Shown: positions 19,306-29,047, counted from the first letter of the stretch. The stretch: 64,000 nucleotides of DNA from Capsulimonadaceae bacterium (GCA_965215505.1 OZ244065.1:992001-1056000); one strand, 5' to 3'. Notes: generated from the sequence alone by a model not told the origin. A program made the numbers and translations.

Positions 19306-20373
19306 TCATTTGGCGGGCGGCGGGGCCGTAGCGGGAGCCGGGCCGACAGTAACGGTAACGGTCGGTACGGCAGAGGGATACGGTTGCAGGTACATCTTGC
19401 CGCCGGGGAAGTCCATCAGGACGCGGTAGCCCGAAAGGACATCCAGGCCAAGGACAGACGGAGTGGCTAGTGTTTTTGTACGCATCTTCCTGTTAAATAC
19501 CGTCAGCGGAAGGTCATTCAGAGTGAGAGGCCCAAGATGGAACTCGCCTACCTTCTCCGTGTCGACGGTTTCATTCCCGAACAAGTTAATCTCCTGCTGT
19601 TGGTCTACCGCCTTCAGGCCAAGTTGTTTCGCCAACTGGCTAGAAACACACGTCTTGTTGGAGCCAATATCCAGCATCAAACGTTCTTCAGCGTTGACGC
19701 CATGATCGGAGAACTGGGCCTGCACCCACCGGACGCCCTTATCATCTGCAAGAGGCAAGACGTAAGGGGCTGTGAACTTTAATTTCGTCAATGCGGCAGA
19801 CTCCACTGCGCCAGGGTAAGAGAACGTGAAAGTGTGATGGTGGGTATCCAGAAGAAGGGCTACATAGCGCAACATGTTCATGCCAATGATGCCATCGTAT
19901 GAGGAGCCAGGGTGTAGCACGAACGCTTTCTCCTCCGCAACCACCATTTCCTGGTTATTGAAGATCAGCCCGCCGATGTTCACTCCCGATAGTAGTGCCA
20001 TCGATGATTGTTCCCTCCCTTCTATGAAGAAAAAGGGTTTCCCATCATCAGCGACAGCAGGAACTAAGCGTAATTTAAGCTTCTTCGCAAGAGACTGGCT
20101 GATGACACTCGTTGAAGTGCCGGTGTCCACAACGAAGGTGGCAATGGTTGTTCCGTTGAGCGTGACTTGTACTAGCGGCTGCCCCAGAATGAGGGTTCCG
20201 ACAGAGTTTGGTAGGTAACTCATTGTAATGAGGTGTTGTTTTGGCGAGGCGGCTGCCGTATCCATTTGGGCTATGGAACCATGGAGGCTGAAGTTGAGGA
20301 GAAACAACACCAAGATGGCTATCCGCCAGCACCTTTTGTGCCTTGTATACTTTATTGCCCGAAAGATTGACAT
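19306..20373 (-). CDS. secreted aspartyl protease with two retropepsin-like domains
   Basis: VVDTGTS...DGIIG and MLDIGSN...SVLG; signal peptide; markedly lower GC. Confidence 0.85.
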   Translation of the reverse strand: MSIFRAIKYTRHKRCWRIAILVLFLLNFSLHGSIAQMDTAAASPKQHLITMSYLPNSVGTLILGQPLVQVTLNGTTIATFVVDTGTSTSVISQSLAKKLKLRLVPAVADDGKPFFFIEGREQSSMALLSGVNIGGLIFNNQEMVVAEEKAFVLHPGSSYDGIIGMNMLRYVALLLDTHHHTFTFSYPGAVESAALTKLKFTAPYVLPLADDKGVRWVQAQFSDHGVNAEERLMLDIGSNKTCVSSQLAKQLGLKAVDQQQEINLFGNETVDTEKVGEFHLGPLTLNDLPLTVFNRKMRTKTLATPSVLGLDVLSGYRVLMDFPGGKMYLQPYPSAVPTVTVTVGPAPATAPPPAK

Positions 20374-20457
20374 GATTTTCTCCTGAAGTAGCGGAAGCTG
20401 GCATCAATGGCTTGACACCAAAAATGTCGGCTTCCGCTGGAAAGGGACATGGGAGGG

Positions 20458-20649
20458 TTATCGGAAGCCGCCCTTGTATCCAAAGGTGAAGCCGTTGAGA
20501 CTAGAAAAGCCTGCGGAGAAACCGCCGGACGAGAAGTTCACGGCACCGCATGAGGTTCCGAGTCCTGTGCCTACGTTGTATTTCAACCCACCTGTGGCTG
20601 AAAATCCGCCCTCGGGCTGGCCGTTCACGGCCTGGTCGCAGTAGTGCAC
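20458..20649 (-). pseudogene. Gly-rich C-terminal fragment of a truncated foreign gene
   Basis: Low-GC 63-aa frame that is cut off at the duplicated proC end. Confidence 0.4.
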
Positions 20650-20656
20650 ACTTATG

Positions 20657-20696
20657 TTGACGCGATCCAGGCAGCGGAGCGGTCGCGCGAGCTTTC
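20657..20696 (+). repeat. second, diverged copy of the proC 3' end
   Basis: TTGACGCGATCCAGGCAGCGGAGCGGTCGCGCGAGCTTTC matches 19077-19119 (DAIQAA(A)ERSRELS). Confidence 0.85.
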
Positions 20697-21505
20697 TAAC
20701 TACCGCAATCCGTCACCACCAGCCCCAGTAGCGCCGTCCGCATCCCCGCCCGCTCCAAGTTCTGTCGGCTGCTGGAATACGGCGCGGCGTTGCCGACGGC
20801 CAGGTCACAGCCCTCTTCCAAGGCGTCCGCCAGCCGCCGCTGGATCAGGGCGGCCTGGCAGCCCCGGCGGCGGTACTGCGGCAATGTAGCCCCCGCCGTC
20901 AGGTGGCCGATGCCGTCGCGGATGTCCATGGAGGCGGCGGCAGCGGGGACGCCGTCCACCAGGGCCATGTAGAGGCGGGAGCCGGGCAGGCTGTTCTCCG
21001 GGCGCTCCGTCCGCAGTATGCCCTCGCGCTCCTCTGGCGGCACCTCGAAGACGTCCATGAAGAGCTGAAAGCAATCCTCGCGCGCCGTGCCGTCTGCCCT
21101 TAGCACCGTGACACCCGGCGGCGGGGGCGGGGCGGCAGTGGGAACGCCGTAAAGGGTGCTGATGGGGCCGGTGACGAGCAGGGACTTCTCCGCCAGGCGG
21201 AGGGCCGTTTCCGGCTCGATAGATTGGTCGGTAATCTGGAAGTCGCAGCGCAGGCCGTCTTCGCGGTAGAAGTTGAGAATGGCATCGAGCGAGCCGAGAT
21301 CATCCAGCCCAAGGCCGAAGACCCGGCTGGCGTGGATGAACCCCCCGTCGAGGTATTTGACGGCGACCGCCGGGCCGAACTCCCGCAGGCTCGCCCCCAT
21401 CGGGTTCCCGTCCAATCCCTCGCAGAGCCGGGCGCGCAGGACCGCGCTGTCACGGTAGAAGCGGTTGATGCGCGCGGCCAGTTCCGATGTTAGCGTCAGT
21501 TCCAT
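20696..21505 (-). CDS. GNAT-family N-acetyltransferase
   Basis: ATLPQYRRRGCQAALI and SRQNLERAG motifs. Confidence 0.88.
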   Translation of the reverse strand: MELTLTSELAARINRFYRDSAVLRARLCEGLDGNPMGASLREFGPAVAVKYLDGGFIHASRVFGLGLDDLGSLDAILNFYREDGLRCDFQITDQSIEPETALRLAEKSLLVTGPISTLYGVPTAAPPPPPGVTVLRADGTAREDCFQLFMDVFEVPPEEREGILRTERPENSLPGSRLYMALVDGVPAAAASMDIRDGIGHLTAGATLPQYRRRGCQAALIQRRLADALEEGCDLAVGNAAPYSSSRQNLERAGMRTALLGLVVTDCGS

Positions 21506-21537
21506 AAGGGCAAAGCCTCTCCTATCCACACCAGGGG

Positions 21538-22941
21538 CTATTTGCCGCTGAGGAACTTGCGCGCCATTCGTTCCGCGCCCGCCTTGTCGTCCGGCGCGAG
21601 GCGGCCTTCCACGACTTCACCGGTCAGGTACTCCTTCAGCTCGCCCAGCTTCTTGCCCGGCGGCAGGCGGAGCAGGGCCATGAGTTCTTTGCCGTCGAGC
21701 GGGGAGGTCAGTGCGCTGATGTCCTGCGCCTCCTGAATGGGCGTCATGCGGGCGCGCAGGTTCGCCCCGCGCGAGACCGGGGCGGGGCCGGGGGCAAGGG
21801 CGGACACATCCGCACGGTTGACGGCGAACAGGTCGTCCAGGTGCGGCCCCAGGTCGCGCATCAGGCGGCGCACGGCGGCGTCGGTCCATTCGTCGTGGTA
21901 CTCGCCGATCCGCATGTGCTGGGCGACCAGCGTGGTGACGGCCTGAGTTTCATCATTGGGGAACTTCAGGCGCCCCATCCAGCGGCGGGTCATGTCCGCC
22001 CCGACATCGGCGTGGCCGTAGAAGTGGACGCGGCCGTCCTCCCCCACCCCCTTCGTGCGCGGCTTGCCCACGTCATGGAACAGCGTCCCCAGCCGCAGGA
22101 TCAGCGAGGCTTCGGACGGCAGGCTGCCCAGGGCGAGGAGGCTATGCTCCCAGACGGTGTAGGCATGTGCATCGTTCTGAGTGACGCCGACCATTTCTAG
22201 AAGCTCGGGCGCGAACTGTGCCAGCAGGCCGCTGTCTTTGAGCAGTTCCAGGCCGAGCGGCGCGCGGGCCGTCATCAGGGTCTTGCAGAACTCGTCGCGG
22301 ATGCGCTCGTAGGAGATGACGCGCGTCCGATCGGGGTTGATGTCGTTCAGCCGCGTGGCCCGCTGGCGCATGGCCTTCCAGGTGATCGGGTGGATGGCGA
22401 ACCCGAAGCGGGCGGCGAAGCGCACGGCGCGCAGCATCCGCAGGCCGTCGTCCTGGAACGTCAGCAGCGGGTCGGTCGGCGTCCGCAGCGTCTTAGCCTC
22501 GATGTCGGCATAGGCCAGGCCCAAGGGGTCGGTGGTTTCGCCGGTGTGCAGGTTTTCGAGCAGCGTGTTGATCGTGAAGTCGCGCCGCCGGGCGTCGTCC
22601 TGGAGCGTCCCCGGCTGGACTTCGGGCTTGCGGCTGTCCGAAGCGTAGGACTCGACGCGGGCCGTCACCAGCTCCACGTCGCGGCCTTTAACGACCACCA
22701 TCGCCGTGCCGAAGCGCGGATATACGACCGGCTCGAAGTCCGCCGCGCCCCGCCCCCGCAGGAAATAGGCCAGGGCCAGCGCGTCGCCTTCCAGGACGAT
22801 GTCAATGTCGTCCTTGGCCGACGGCAGCCCCATCGCCTTGTCCCGGACGAACCCGCCGACCAGGAACAGATGCCCATCGTACTCCGTCCCCCGCGTCGCC
22901 GCCCGCAGGGTGTTCAAGATAGTCTCGGTGTCCGTGTTCAT
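21538..22941 (-). CDS. cca: CCA tRNA nucleotidyltransferase / poly(A) polymerase family, with HD domain
   Basis: LVGGFVRD...DIDI, RRDFTIN, LRMLRAVRF, ERIRDE and FHDVGK motifs; ATG 22941 lies 7 nt after TATAAT. Confidence 0.88.
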   Translation of the reverse strand: MNTDTETILNTLRAATRGTEYDGHLFLVGGFVRDKAMGLPSAKDDIDIVLEGDALALAYFLRGRGAADFEPVVYPRFGTAMVVVKGRDVELVTARVESYASDSRKPEVQPGTLQDDARRRDFTINTLLENLHTGETTDPLGLAYADIEAKTLRTPTDPLLTFQDDGLRMLRAVRFAARFGFAIHPITWKAMRQRATRLNDINPDRTRVISYERIRDEFCKTLMTARAPLGLELLKDSGLLAQFAPELLEMVGVTQNDAHAYTVWEHSLLALGSLPSEASLILRLGTLFHDVGKPRTKGVGEDGRVHFYGHADVGADMTRRWMGRLKFPNDETQAVTTLVAQHMRIGEYHDEWTDAAVRRLMRDLGPHLDDLFAVNRADVSALAPGPAPVSRGANLRARMTPIQEAQDISALTSPLDGKELMALLRLPPGKKLGELKEYLTGEVVEGRLAPDDKAGAERMARKFLSGK

Positions 22942-22964
22942 TGGGGCGATTATACCCACATGGA

Positions 22965-23093
22965 TGCCACGGGTCGAAACCCGAGGCTCGGAAATGCTCA
23001 CCGTCCAGGGGACGGAAAGACACGGAAGCCAAATGCCGGAGGGCGTCCCCTGGACGCTGGGCTTGTCTCAGCCTCGGGTTTCAACCCGTGGCA
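22965..23093. repeat. REPIN/MITE-like composite inverted element
   Basis: TGCCACGGGTCGAAACCCGAGGCT and inverted AGCCTCGGGTTTCAACCCGTGGCA, with inner CGTCCAGGGGACG / CGTCCCCTGGACG. Confidence 0.75.
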
Positions 23094-23137
23094 CCCTTGT
23101 CAGGCACAGTGGGGCCTCCATCGGGTACACTCTCCCC

Positions 23138-23596
23138 ATGCTCATCCCACTCATCACCCAAAGCCTCACGCGCGGTTTCAAGACCGGGCTGGCCCTGGCC
23201 GCCGCCACGAACGCCGTCATCATGCTCGCCAGCGACAAGGAGAACGGCTCGCCGTGGGCCGCCCTCAACTGCGTCGCCCACATCGTGGACGGCGACGACA
23301 AGGAACAGCCGACCGACTATGCGCCGCGCGAGTCGCGCCTCGGCGTCTTCATCAACGGCACGGCCATGTGCGCCTGGGGCGTGCTTTACGAGGGCGCTCT
23401 GCTGGTCACGAAGACCAAGAGCAGCCCGCTGACGGCGGCCCTGGCGGTCGGGGCGGCCTGGGTCATTGACTACAAGATCGTGCCCAAACAGTACACGCCC
23501 GGCATCGAGAAGCGGCTCAGTCCGCGCTCGGTCCTGCTGTCCTACACGGCGATGGCCGTCATGTTCAGCCTGTCACCGCTGTGGAATAAGAAGTAG
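23138..23596 (+). CDS. membrane protein
   Basis: About 4 hydrophobic helices; TACACT 6 nt before the ATG. Confidence 0.7.
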   Translation: MLIPLITQSLTRGFKTGLALAAATNAVIMLASDKENGSPWAALNCVAHIVDGDDKEQPTDYAPRESRLGVFINGTAMCAWGVLYEGALLVTKTKSSPLTAALAVGAAWVIDYKIVPKQYTPGIEKRLSPRSVLLSYTAMAVMFSLSPLWNKK

Positions 23597-23648
23597 GTCG
23601 CCCGGTCTTCATGTCCTGACGCGCTTTCTCGTGTTATAATGAAGCATC

Positions 23649-26183
23649 ATGCGCTTCGCCCGGCAGTCCCTTCTCGCCTGCGGCCTGCTCCTCGCGACCG
23701 CCGGCGAGGGGCGGGCGCAGGCCCCGACCACTATCCCAGCCGCTCCCGCCTCCCCCGGTCCGACCACGCCGCCCGCCACGGCCCCGACCCTGCCGCCGGT
23801 GTCTTCCGCCACGCCCCCGGCCGCCCCGCCCGTGCCCGCGTCCGCCTCGCCCTCCGGCAGTCCAGTCCAGCCGCTCCCGACGGCTTCCCCCACGACGGGC
23901 GGCGGGCCGCTGGTACCCTCGGCGCAGGAGACGCCGCTGCCGGGAAGCGCGCCGGGCGGCCCGCCGCTAGACCCGAACGATGTGTATTTGCACTACCGTG
24001 CGGACACGTCCGAGTATACGACGCAGGGGACAATCATCGGGCGGGGCAACGTGCAGATCGCCTATCAGGGCTACCTGCTGACCGGGGATCAGGCGGAGCT
24101 GGACACGAACCGGGGGGTCGCGACGTTCTTCGGCCCCGTTCACCTGGTCGGGCCGACCGGACAGACCGCCGAGGTCGGGCCGGGCGGGCGGCTGCGGCTG
24201 AACCTCAACCGGGGCACCTACACGCTGACCGGGGCGCGCTCCATCATCCAGCCTGAGCAGGTCCAGGCGCAGATCGGGCTGATCCAGCCTCTCTATATCT
24301 CCGGCGGACTTGTGCGCGGGCGGCCCGGCTTCATTGACGCCCGCGACGCCTCGCTGACGACCTGCGACTTCCCCGACCCGCACTACTCGTTCACCGCCCG
24401 CGAAGCGTATGTCATCCCCGGAAAGCGGCTGGTGGGGCGCAACGTCTCCTTCTACCGCCGGGGCCACCGCGTCTTCAGCATCCCCTACCTGTTCGTCCCG
24501 CTCGACCAGCGGCTGGCCCGGCAGACCCTCTTCCCGACCGTCGGGCAGACGCCCGACGAGGGCTACTTCATCAAGTTCGCCTTCGGGTACGCCCTGACGT
24601 CCGCCCTGCCGGGCATCCTGCGGGTGGAAGAGTTCCAGAAGAAGGGAACGGGCCTGGGCTTTGACCAGAGCTACGGGTCAACCGCCCGGCCCACGCGCGG
24701 GTCCGGCCTGTTCACCTTCTACAGCCTGTACGACAAGAGCCAGGGGACGGAAGACATCAACGGCAGCCTCAACCACGTCCAGCGGTTCGGCACGGTCAAC
24801 GCGACCCTGAACTCGCAGTACCAGCAGAATTCCTACTTCACCGGCCTGAGCCGGTCCCAGTCCCAGAACACCACGCTGGGGCTGAACCGGAACGTGGGCA
24901 ACCTCAGCACGTCGCTGACGACGACGCTCAACCAGAACTCGTTCGGGTATGGGCAGTCACAGACCTTGACCTCATCGCTGGACAACACCTACCAGCCGAC
25001 GTCAAGCTCACAGCTCGAAACGAAGTTCGACTTCTCGCAGTTCAACTCGCCGGGCTTCGGCGGGCTGGGCGGCAGCAGCCGTCAGGAGCTTGACTCGAAC
25101 CTGGACTACCGCAACCGGGGGAAGCTGTTCGACGTGGAGGTGCTGGCGACCAAGTACACGCAGCTCGCCTCCGGCGGCGGCTCAACGCAGTTCCTCGGCG
25201 GCCTGGAGCGGCTGCCCGAACTGCGGCTGGCGACGGATGCCATCCGGATGCCGCTGCTGCGGCGCGTCCTGCCGAAGACCACCCGGATGGACCTCTCCGT
25301 CGGCGACTTCAACGAGCCGTCGTCGCTGACCAAGTCCCAGCGCGCCCGGTTCAACCTGGACCTCGGCACGACGACGCAGAAGATCACGGGCCGCAGCTCG
25401 CTGGATTACGGCGGCTCCTTCCAGCAGGGCTTCTACGGCGACGACACCGCCCAGTATGTCCTGAACGGTCAGAGCGCCTACCGCCTGCGGGTCGGCAGCA
25501 AGTCCACGGTGGGCGCGACCTACACCTACCTGCGCCCCTACGGCTACACCCCCTTCCAGTTCGATTACACCGGCAACACGAACCTCGCCGGCCTGAACCT
25601 AGCTCTCCAGGAGTCGCAGGCCTTCCAGCTCGCGGTCGGGACGGGCTACGACTTCAACCGGACGCAGAGTACGCCCGGCTACCGGGCGACCCCCTTCCAG
25701 AGCGTGTCGGCCCAGGCGCTCTATACGCCGGTCCAGGCGGTGCGCTTCCGCACGACGCTTTCCTATGACCTGAACTACAGCCGCCTCCTGGACATGACAA
25801 ACGCCCTGCGCGTCCGAGGCCCCGACCAGACCGCGCTGGACCTCTCGGGGCGGTTCTCCCCGATGCTGAACCGGTACACGACCGTCAGCGCCAACCTGAA
25901 CTTCCCCTTCTTCCGCGATCGCCGCGAGGACGCCGGCTACCGCATCCGCGCCATCACCGGCTACAACGGCATCACCAGCCGCTTCGACTACAAGGGCCTC
26001 GCCCTCACCCGCTCCTGGCACGATTATGAGCTGAACCTGACCTACCTGGACACGCCCAACGGCCTGCGCCCCGGCTCCACGTTCAACCTCACCTTCCGCC
26101 TCAAAGCCTTCCCCGCCTACGAGCCGTTCGCCACCGGCCAGTACGGGCAGTCGCTCGACACGGGCATCGGCGAGACTTTGTAG
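23649..26183 (+). CDS. lptD: LptD-like outer-membrane beta-barrel (LPS assembly protein family)
   Basis: Signal peptide, OstA-like GRGNVQI, TTCDFPDPHY, IPYLFVP and ERLPEL motifs; beta-strand-rich C-terminus. Confidence 0.75.
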   Translation: MRFARQSLLACGLLLATAGEGRAQAPTTIPAAPASPGPTTPPATAPTLPPVSSATPPAAPPVPASASPSGSPVQPLPTASPTTGGGPLVPSAQETPLPGSAPGGPPLDPNDVYLHYRADTSEYTTQGTIIGRGNVQIAYQGYLLTGDQAELDTNRGVATFFGPVHLVGPTGQTAEVGPGGRLRLNLNRGTYTLTGARSIIQPEQVQAQIGLIQPLYISGGLVRGRPGFIDARDASLTTCDFPDPHYSFTAREAYVIPGKRLVGRNVSFYRRGHRVFSIPYLFVPLDQRLARQTLFPTVGQTPDEGYFIKFAFGYALTSALPGILRVEEFQKKGTGLGFDQSYGSTARPTRGSGLFTFYSLYDKSQGTEDINGSLNHVQRFGTVNATLNSQYQQNSYFTGLSRSQSQNTTLGLNRNVGNLSTSLTTTLNQNSFGYGQSQTLTSSLDNTYQPTSSSQLETKFDFSQFNSPGFGGLGGSSRQELDSNLDYRNRGKLFDVEVLATKYTQLASGGGSTQFLGGLERLPELRLATDAIRMPLLRRVLPKTTRMDLSVGDFNEPSSLTKSQRARFNLDLGTTTQKITGRSSLDYGGSFQQGFYGDDTAQYVLNGQSAYRLRVGSKSTVGATYTYLRPYGYTPFQFDYTGNTNLAGLNLALQESQAFQLAVGTGYDFNRTQSTPGYRATPFQSVSAQALYTPVQAVRFRTTLSYDLNYSRLLDMTNALRVRGPDQTALDLSGRFSPMLNRYTTVSANLNFPFFRDRREDAGYRIRAITGYNGITSRFDYKGLALTRSWHDYELNLTYLDTPNGLRPGSTFNLTFRLKAFPAYEPFATGQYGQSLDTGIGETL

Positions 26184-26188
26184 CCGAC

Positions 26189-26722
26189 ATGAAACCAGAC
26201 ACATTCCTGCAAGCCCTGCACGACTGGCAGAACTTCTACACGCTGCTCGGCGAAGTGTCCGCGACGCTCGCCGGCCTTATGTTCGTCGCCGCCAGCCTCG
26301 GCGCGCGCCTGATCAATGAGGAGGACGATCCCAAAGTGCGGACATTCCTCACGCCCACGGTCGTCTACTTCTCGAACGTGCTGCTGCTGTCCGCCCTGAT
26401 GAATGTCCCGACGCAGACTCGGACGGCGCTGACCGTCCAGCTCGCCGCCGCCGGCCTGATTGGGGCGGGGTACAGCCTGTCCCACCTGCCCCGCCTCCGG
26501 GGCTTCCAGCAGGACAAGGCGTTCAGCCGCCAGACCTGGACATGGAACCTGCTCCTCCCCTTGTTCAGCGCCCTGTGGCTGCTGGGAGCCGCCCTCGTCC
26601 TGCCCCGATCCGTCGCGGGAGGACTGGACGCCGCGGCGGCGGGCGTCCTGCTGCTCGTCGCGGTCGGCCTCCACAACGCCTGGACCGTCACCCTCAACAT
26701 CGTCTTACGCACCCCGGCGTGA
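26189..26722 (+). CDS. membrane protein
   Basis: WQNFYTLLG..SATLAGLMFVA...NAW pattern; several TM helices. Confidence 0.7.
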   Translation: MKPDTFLQALHDWQNFYTLLGEVSATLAGLMFVAASLGARLINEEDDPKVRTFLTPTVVYFSNVLLLSALMNVPTQTRTALTVQLAAAGLIGAGYSLSHLPRLRGFQQDKAFSRQTWTWNLLLPLFSALWLLGAALVLPRSVAGGLDAAAAGVLLLVAVGLHNAWTVTLNIVLRTPA

Positions 26723-26741
26723 GCGTGTTAAACTTGATACC

Positions 26742-27800
26742 TTAAGCGAGGGCATACCAGGTGGAGCGGCCCTGCCCGTACCGTCCCAGCGTTCCGGCCT
26801 GAACCAGTGCATTTAGACGCGCCTTGATCGTGCTGCGGCTTTCCCCCGTCAGCGCCTCGATCTGAGCGGTCGTCACGCGCCCGTGTTCGCGCGCTATCTC
26901 CAATATCTGCACCGAAAGCGTGGGCAGGGCGGTCCCCCACGCCTGCTCGCGGGCGACCTTCTGTTCCAGGCGCGCTTTCTGCCGCTGCAAGGCGCGCAGG
27001 AAGAACAGCACCCAGGGTTCCCAGTCCGGCCTCTCATCGGTCAGCGTCCCCTGCGTCCGGCGAAGCGACAGGTAATAACCTTCCTTGCTGGCCTCGATGA
27101 CGCTCTCCAGTGAGCTATAAGGCACATAGCCATAGCCGGCGCGCAGGAGCAGCAAAGTCGTTAGTACGCGCGACAGCCGCCCGTTGCCGTCCTGAAACGG
27201 ATGGATCGCCAGGAAGCGGACGACGAAGATGGCGATCACCAACAGCGGGTGCCATAGCCCCGCCCCCAATGACTCGCCGGTCCAGGCAACGAGTTCCTGC
27301 ATCCGCCAGGATGTTTCCAGCGGTGATGTGGTCTGGAAGACGACGCCCAAGCTTTTTCCCTCCGCATCAAACGCCTCGACGTGGTTAGGCAGTTTTTTGT
27401 ATTCGCCCCGGTGCCGGACGTCTTTCGAGCTATGCCTGAGAAGCATTTGGTGAAGCTGCTTGACATGGTTCTCGGTCAGAGGGATCGCCTCCCAGTCTGA
27501 GAAAATCGTTCCCATCACCTCGGCATAGCCGGCGACTTCCTCCTCATCACGCGAGCGGAAGGAGTTCGTTTCCAGACCTGTCAACAGTCGCTCCACCTCG
27601 CGGTCACTCAAGCGTGCGCCTTCGATGCGCGTAGAGGAGCCTACGCTCTCGATGGTAGCGATTCGGCGCAGGGCGGCGAGTCGCTCAGGAGCAAGGGCAC
27701 GCAGAGAGCGCCATGCACCTTTGAATTCATCGATCTCCCCGATGAGTCGCAGCATCTCCGGCGTGATGTGCAAGGCGGAATTTTGGGCTTCAGCATCCAT
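26742..27800 (-). CDS. Fic-domain protein (class II) with C-terminal winged HTH
   Basis: Catalytic HPFQDGNGRLSR; N-terminal inhibitory SSTRIEG; C-terminal HTH-like region; lower GC. Confidence 0.92.
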   Translation of the reverse strand: MDAEAQNSALHITPEMLRLIGEIDEFKGAWRSLRALAPERLAALRRIATIESVGSSTRIEGARLSDREVERLLTGLETNSFRSRDEEEVAGYAEVMGTIFSDWEAIPLTENHVKQLHQMLLRHSSKDVRHRGEYKKLPNHVEAFDAEGKSLGVVFQTTSPLETSWRMQELVAWTGESLGAGLWHPLLVIAIFVVRFLAIHPFQDGNGRLSRVLTTLLLLRAGYGYVPYSSLESVIEASKEGYYLSLRRTQGTLTDERPDWEPWVLFFLRALQRQKARLEQKVAREQAWGTALPTLSVQILEIAREHGRVTTAQIEALTGESRSTIKARLNALVQAGTLGRYGQGRSTWYALA

Positions 27801-27814
27801 GTCCACAATCCTAC

Positions 27815-27854
27815 CCGATTAGAGCCGATTATGTCCAATTAGAGCCGATTACAC
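27815..27854. repeat. four 10-bp direct repeats (CCrATTA...) upstream of fic
   Basis: CCGATTAGAG CCGATTATGT CCAATTAGAG CCGATTACAC. Confidence 0.8.
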
Positions 27855-27872
27855 CATCAATCCTGCTGCCTC

Positions 27873-27905
27873 CTTCATATCTTCTTCATCTTTGTGCGTT
27901 ACAGT
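27873..27905 (+). promoter_or_regulatory. OmpR-type box promoter 1
   Basis: CTTCAT-N5-CTTCAT-N10-TACAGT. Confidence 0.65.
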
Positions 27906-27940
27906 GCTTCTAATTCCCCCGCGCAAAGGACATACCAACG

Positions 27941-29047
27941 ATGCACCGTCTCATCAAGCCCCTCGCCCTCGCCGCCGTGCCGGTCTTCCTGCTCACCCTC
28001 TCCGGCTGCGGAGGCGGCGGAGGCACGACGAGCAGTACCACCAGTACGGGGGGCGGGCAGACCGCTTCGGCCCTCCCCGCCGCCCTGAACGTCTACGTCA
28101 CCGACGGCTTCAGCGACCAGTACAAGCAGGTCCTGGTGACGCTCTACAAGATCGAGCTGACGACCGACGGCACGAACTACACGACCGTCTTCACTTCATC
28201 CGCCGGGCAGACGATCAACCTCTCCTCGCTCGCCGCAACAACCGCCCTGCTCGCCAGCGTCAACGTCCCGGCGGGGACCTACACGCAGGCGCGGATCACC
28301 TTCGGGGACCACTTCACCCTGGTCGGCCAGGACGGCACCAGCACCAGCGTCGCCGTGGACCCCAGCATCGGGACGGCAGCTAATGGCATGGTCGCGCTCA
28401 CCGTCGCGACGCCCACCAAGTGCGTCTCAGGGCAGTCTTCGGCCCTGTTCCTGGACTTCAAGCTGGCCGAGTTCACCCTCGTGGGCAACCTCCTGCGGCC
28501 CCAGGTCGGGCCGGGCGACCCCGGACCGAACGGCATGAAGCCGTGTAACGGCAGCCTGATGGGGACAATCGCGAACCTCGTGGCCGGGACCAGCTTCGAC
28601 CTGCAAGGGCCGGACGGGCACACCGTCCATGTCGTGCTGTCGGCGACGACCACGACGCTCAGCGGCCAGACCGGCGCGGCCATCACGCTCGCCAACGGCC
28701 AGAAGGTTTCCGTCGAGGGGGCCTTCACCGCGTCCACGCAGACGGTCGCGGCGACCTCGGTCACGCTCAACGACTACACCACGACGCAGCGCGAGCAGGC
28801 GGAGGGGACGGTCGCCAGCGTCAGCGCGGCGGCAAACACCTTCGTCCTGACGGTCCAGCGGGCGGGCGGCATCCAGCCGACGGGCGGGACGATCACGGTC
28901 CAGGTCGGGGCGGCGACGGTCTACATGAAGGGCCGGAACCAGTCCGCCGGCTTCGCCGACGTCACTGCCGGGGCGATGGTGAACGTGCAGGGGACGTTCG
29001 ATGCCACCACGCAGACCCTGACGGCCCGTTCGGTCGGTTTCCATTGA
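27941..29047 (+). CDS. lipoprotein with DUF4382- and DUF5666-like domains
   Basis: Lipobox LSGC; VYVTD...INL...GTYTQARI...LDF; repeated OB-like G-I...V.V.G domains. Confidence 0.75.
   Translation: MHRLIKPLALAAVPVFLLTLSGCGGGGGTTSSTTSTGGGQTASALPAALNVYVTDGFSDQYKQVLVTLYKIELTTDGTNYTTVFTSSAGQTINLSSLAATTALLASVNVPAGTYTQARITFGDHFTLVGQDGTSTSVAVDPSIGTAANGMVALTVATPTKCVSGQSSALFLDFKLAEFTLVGNLLRPQVGPGDPGPNGMKPCNGSLMGTIANLVAGTSFDLQGPDGHTVHVVLSATTTTLSGQTGAAITLANGQKVSVEGAFTASTQTVAATSVTLNDYTTTQREQAEGTVASVSAAANTFVLTVQRAGGIQPTGGTITVQVGAATVYMKGRNQSAGFADVTAGAMVNVQGTFDATTQTLTARSVGFH

Noticed and set aside
22799-23137. N-terminal extensions of the cca-like and membrane genes in the ORF track
   Set aside because: They run through the palindromic repeat element; -10 boxes point to ATG 22941 (-) and ATG 23138 (+).
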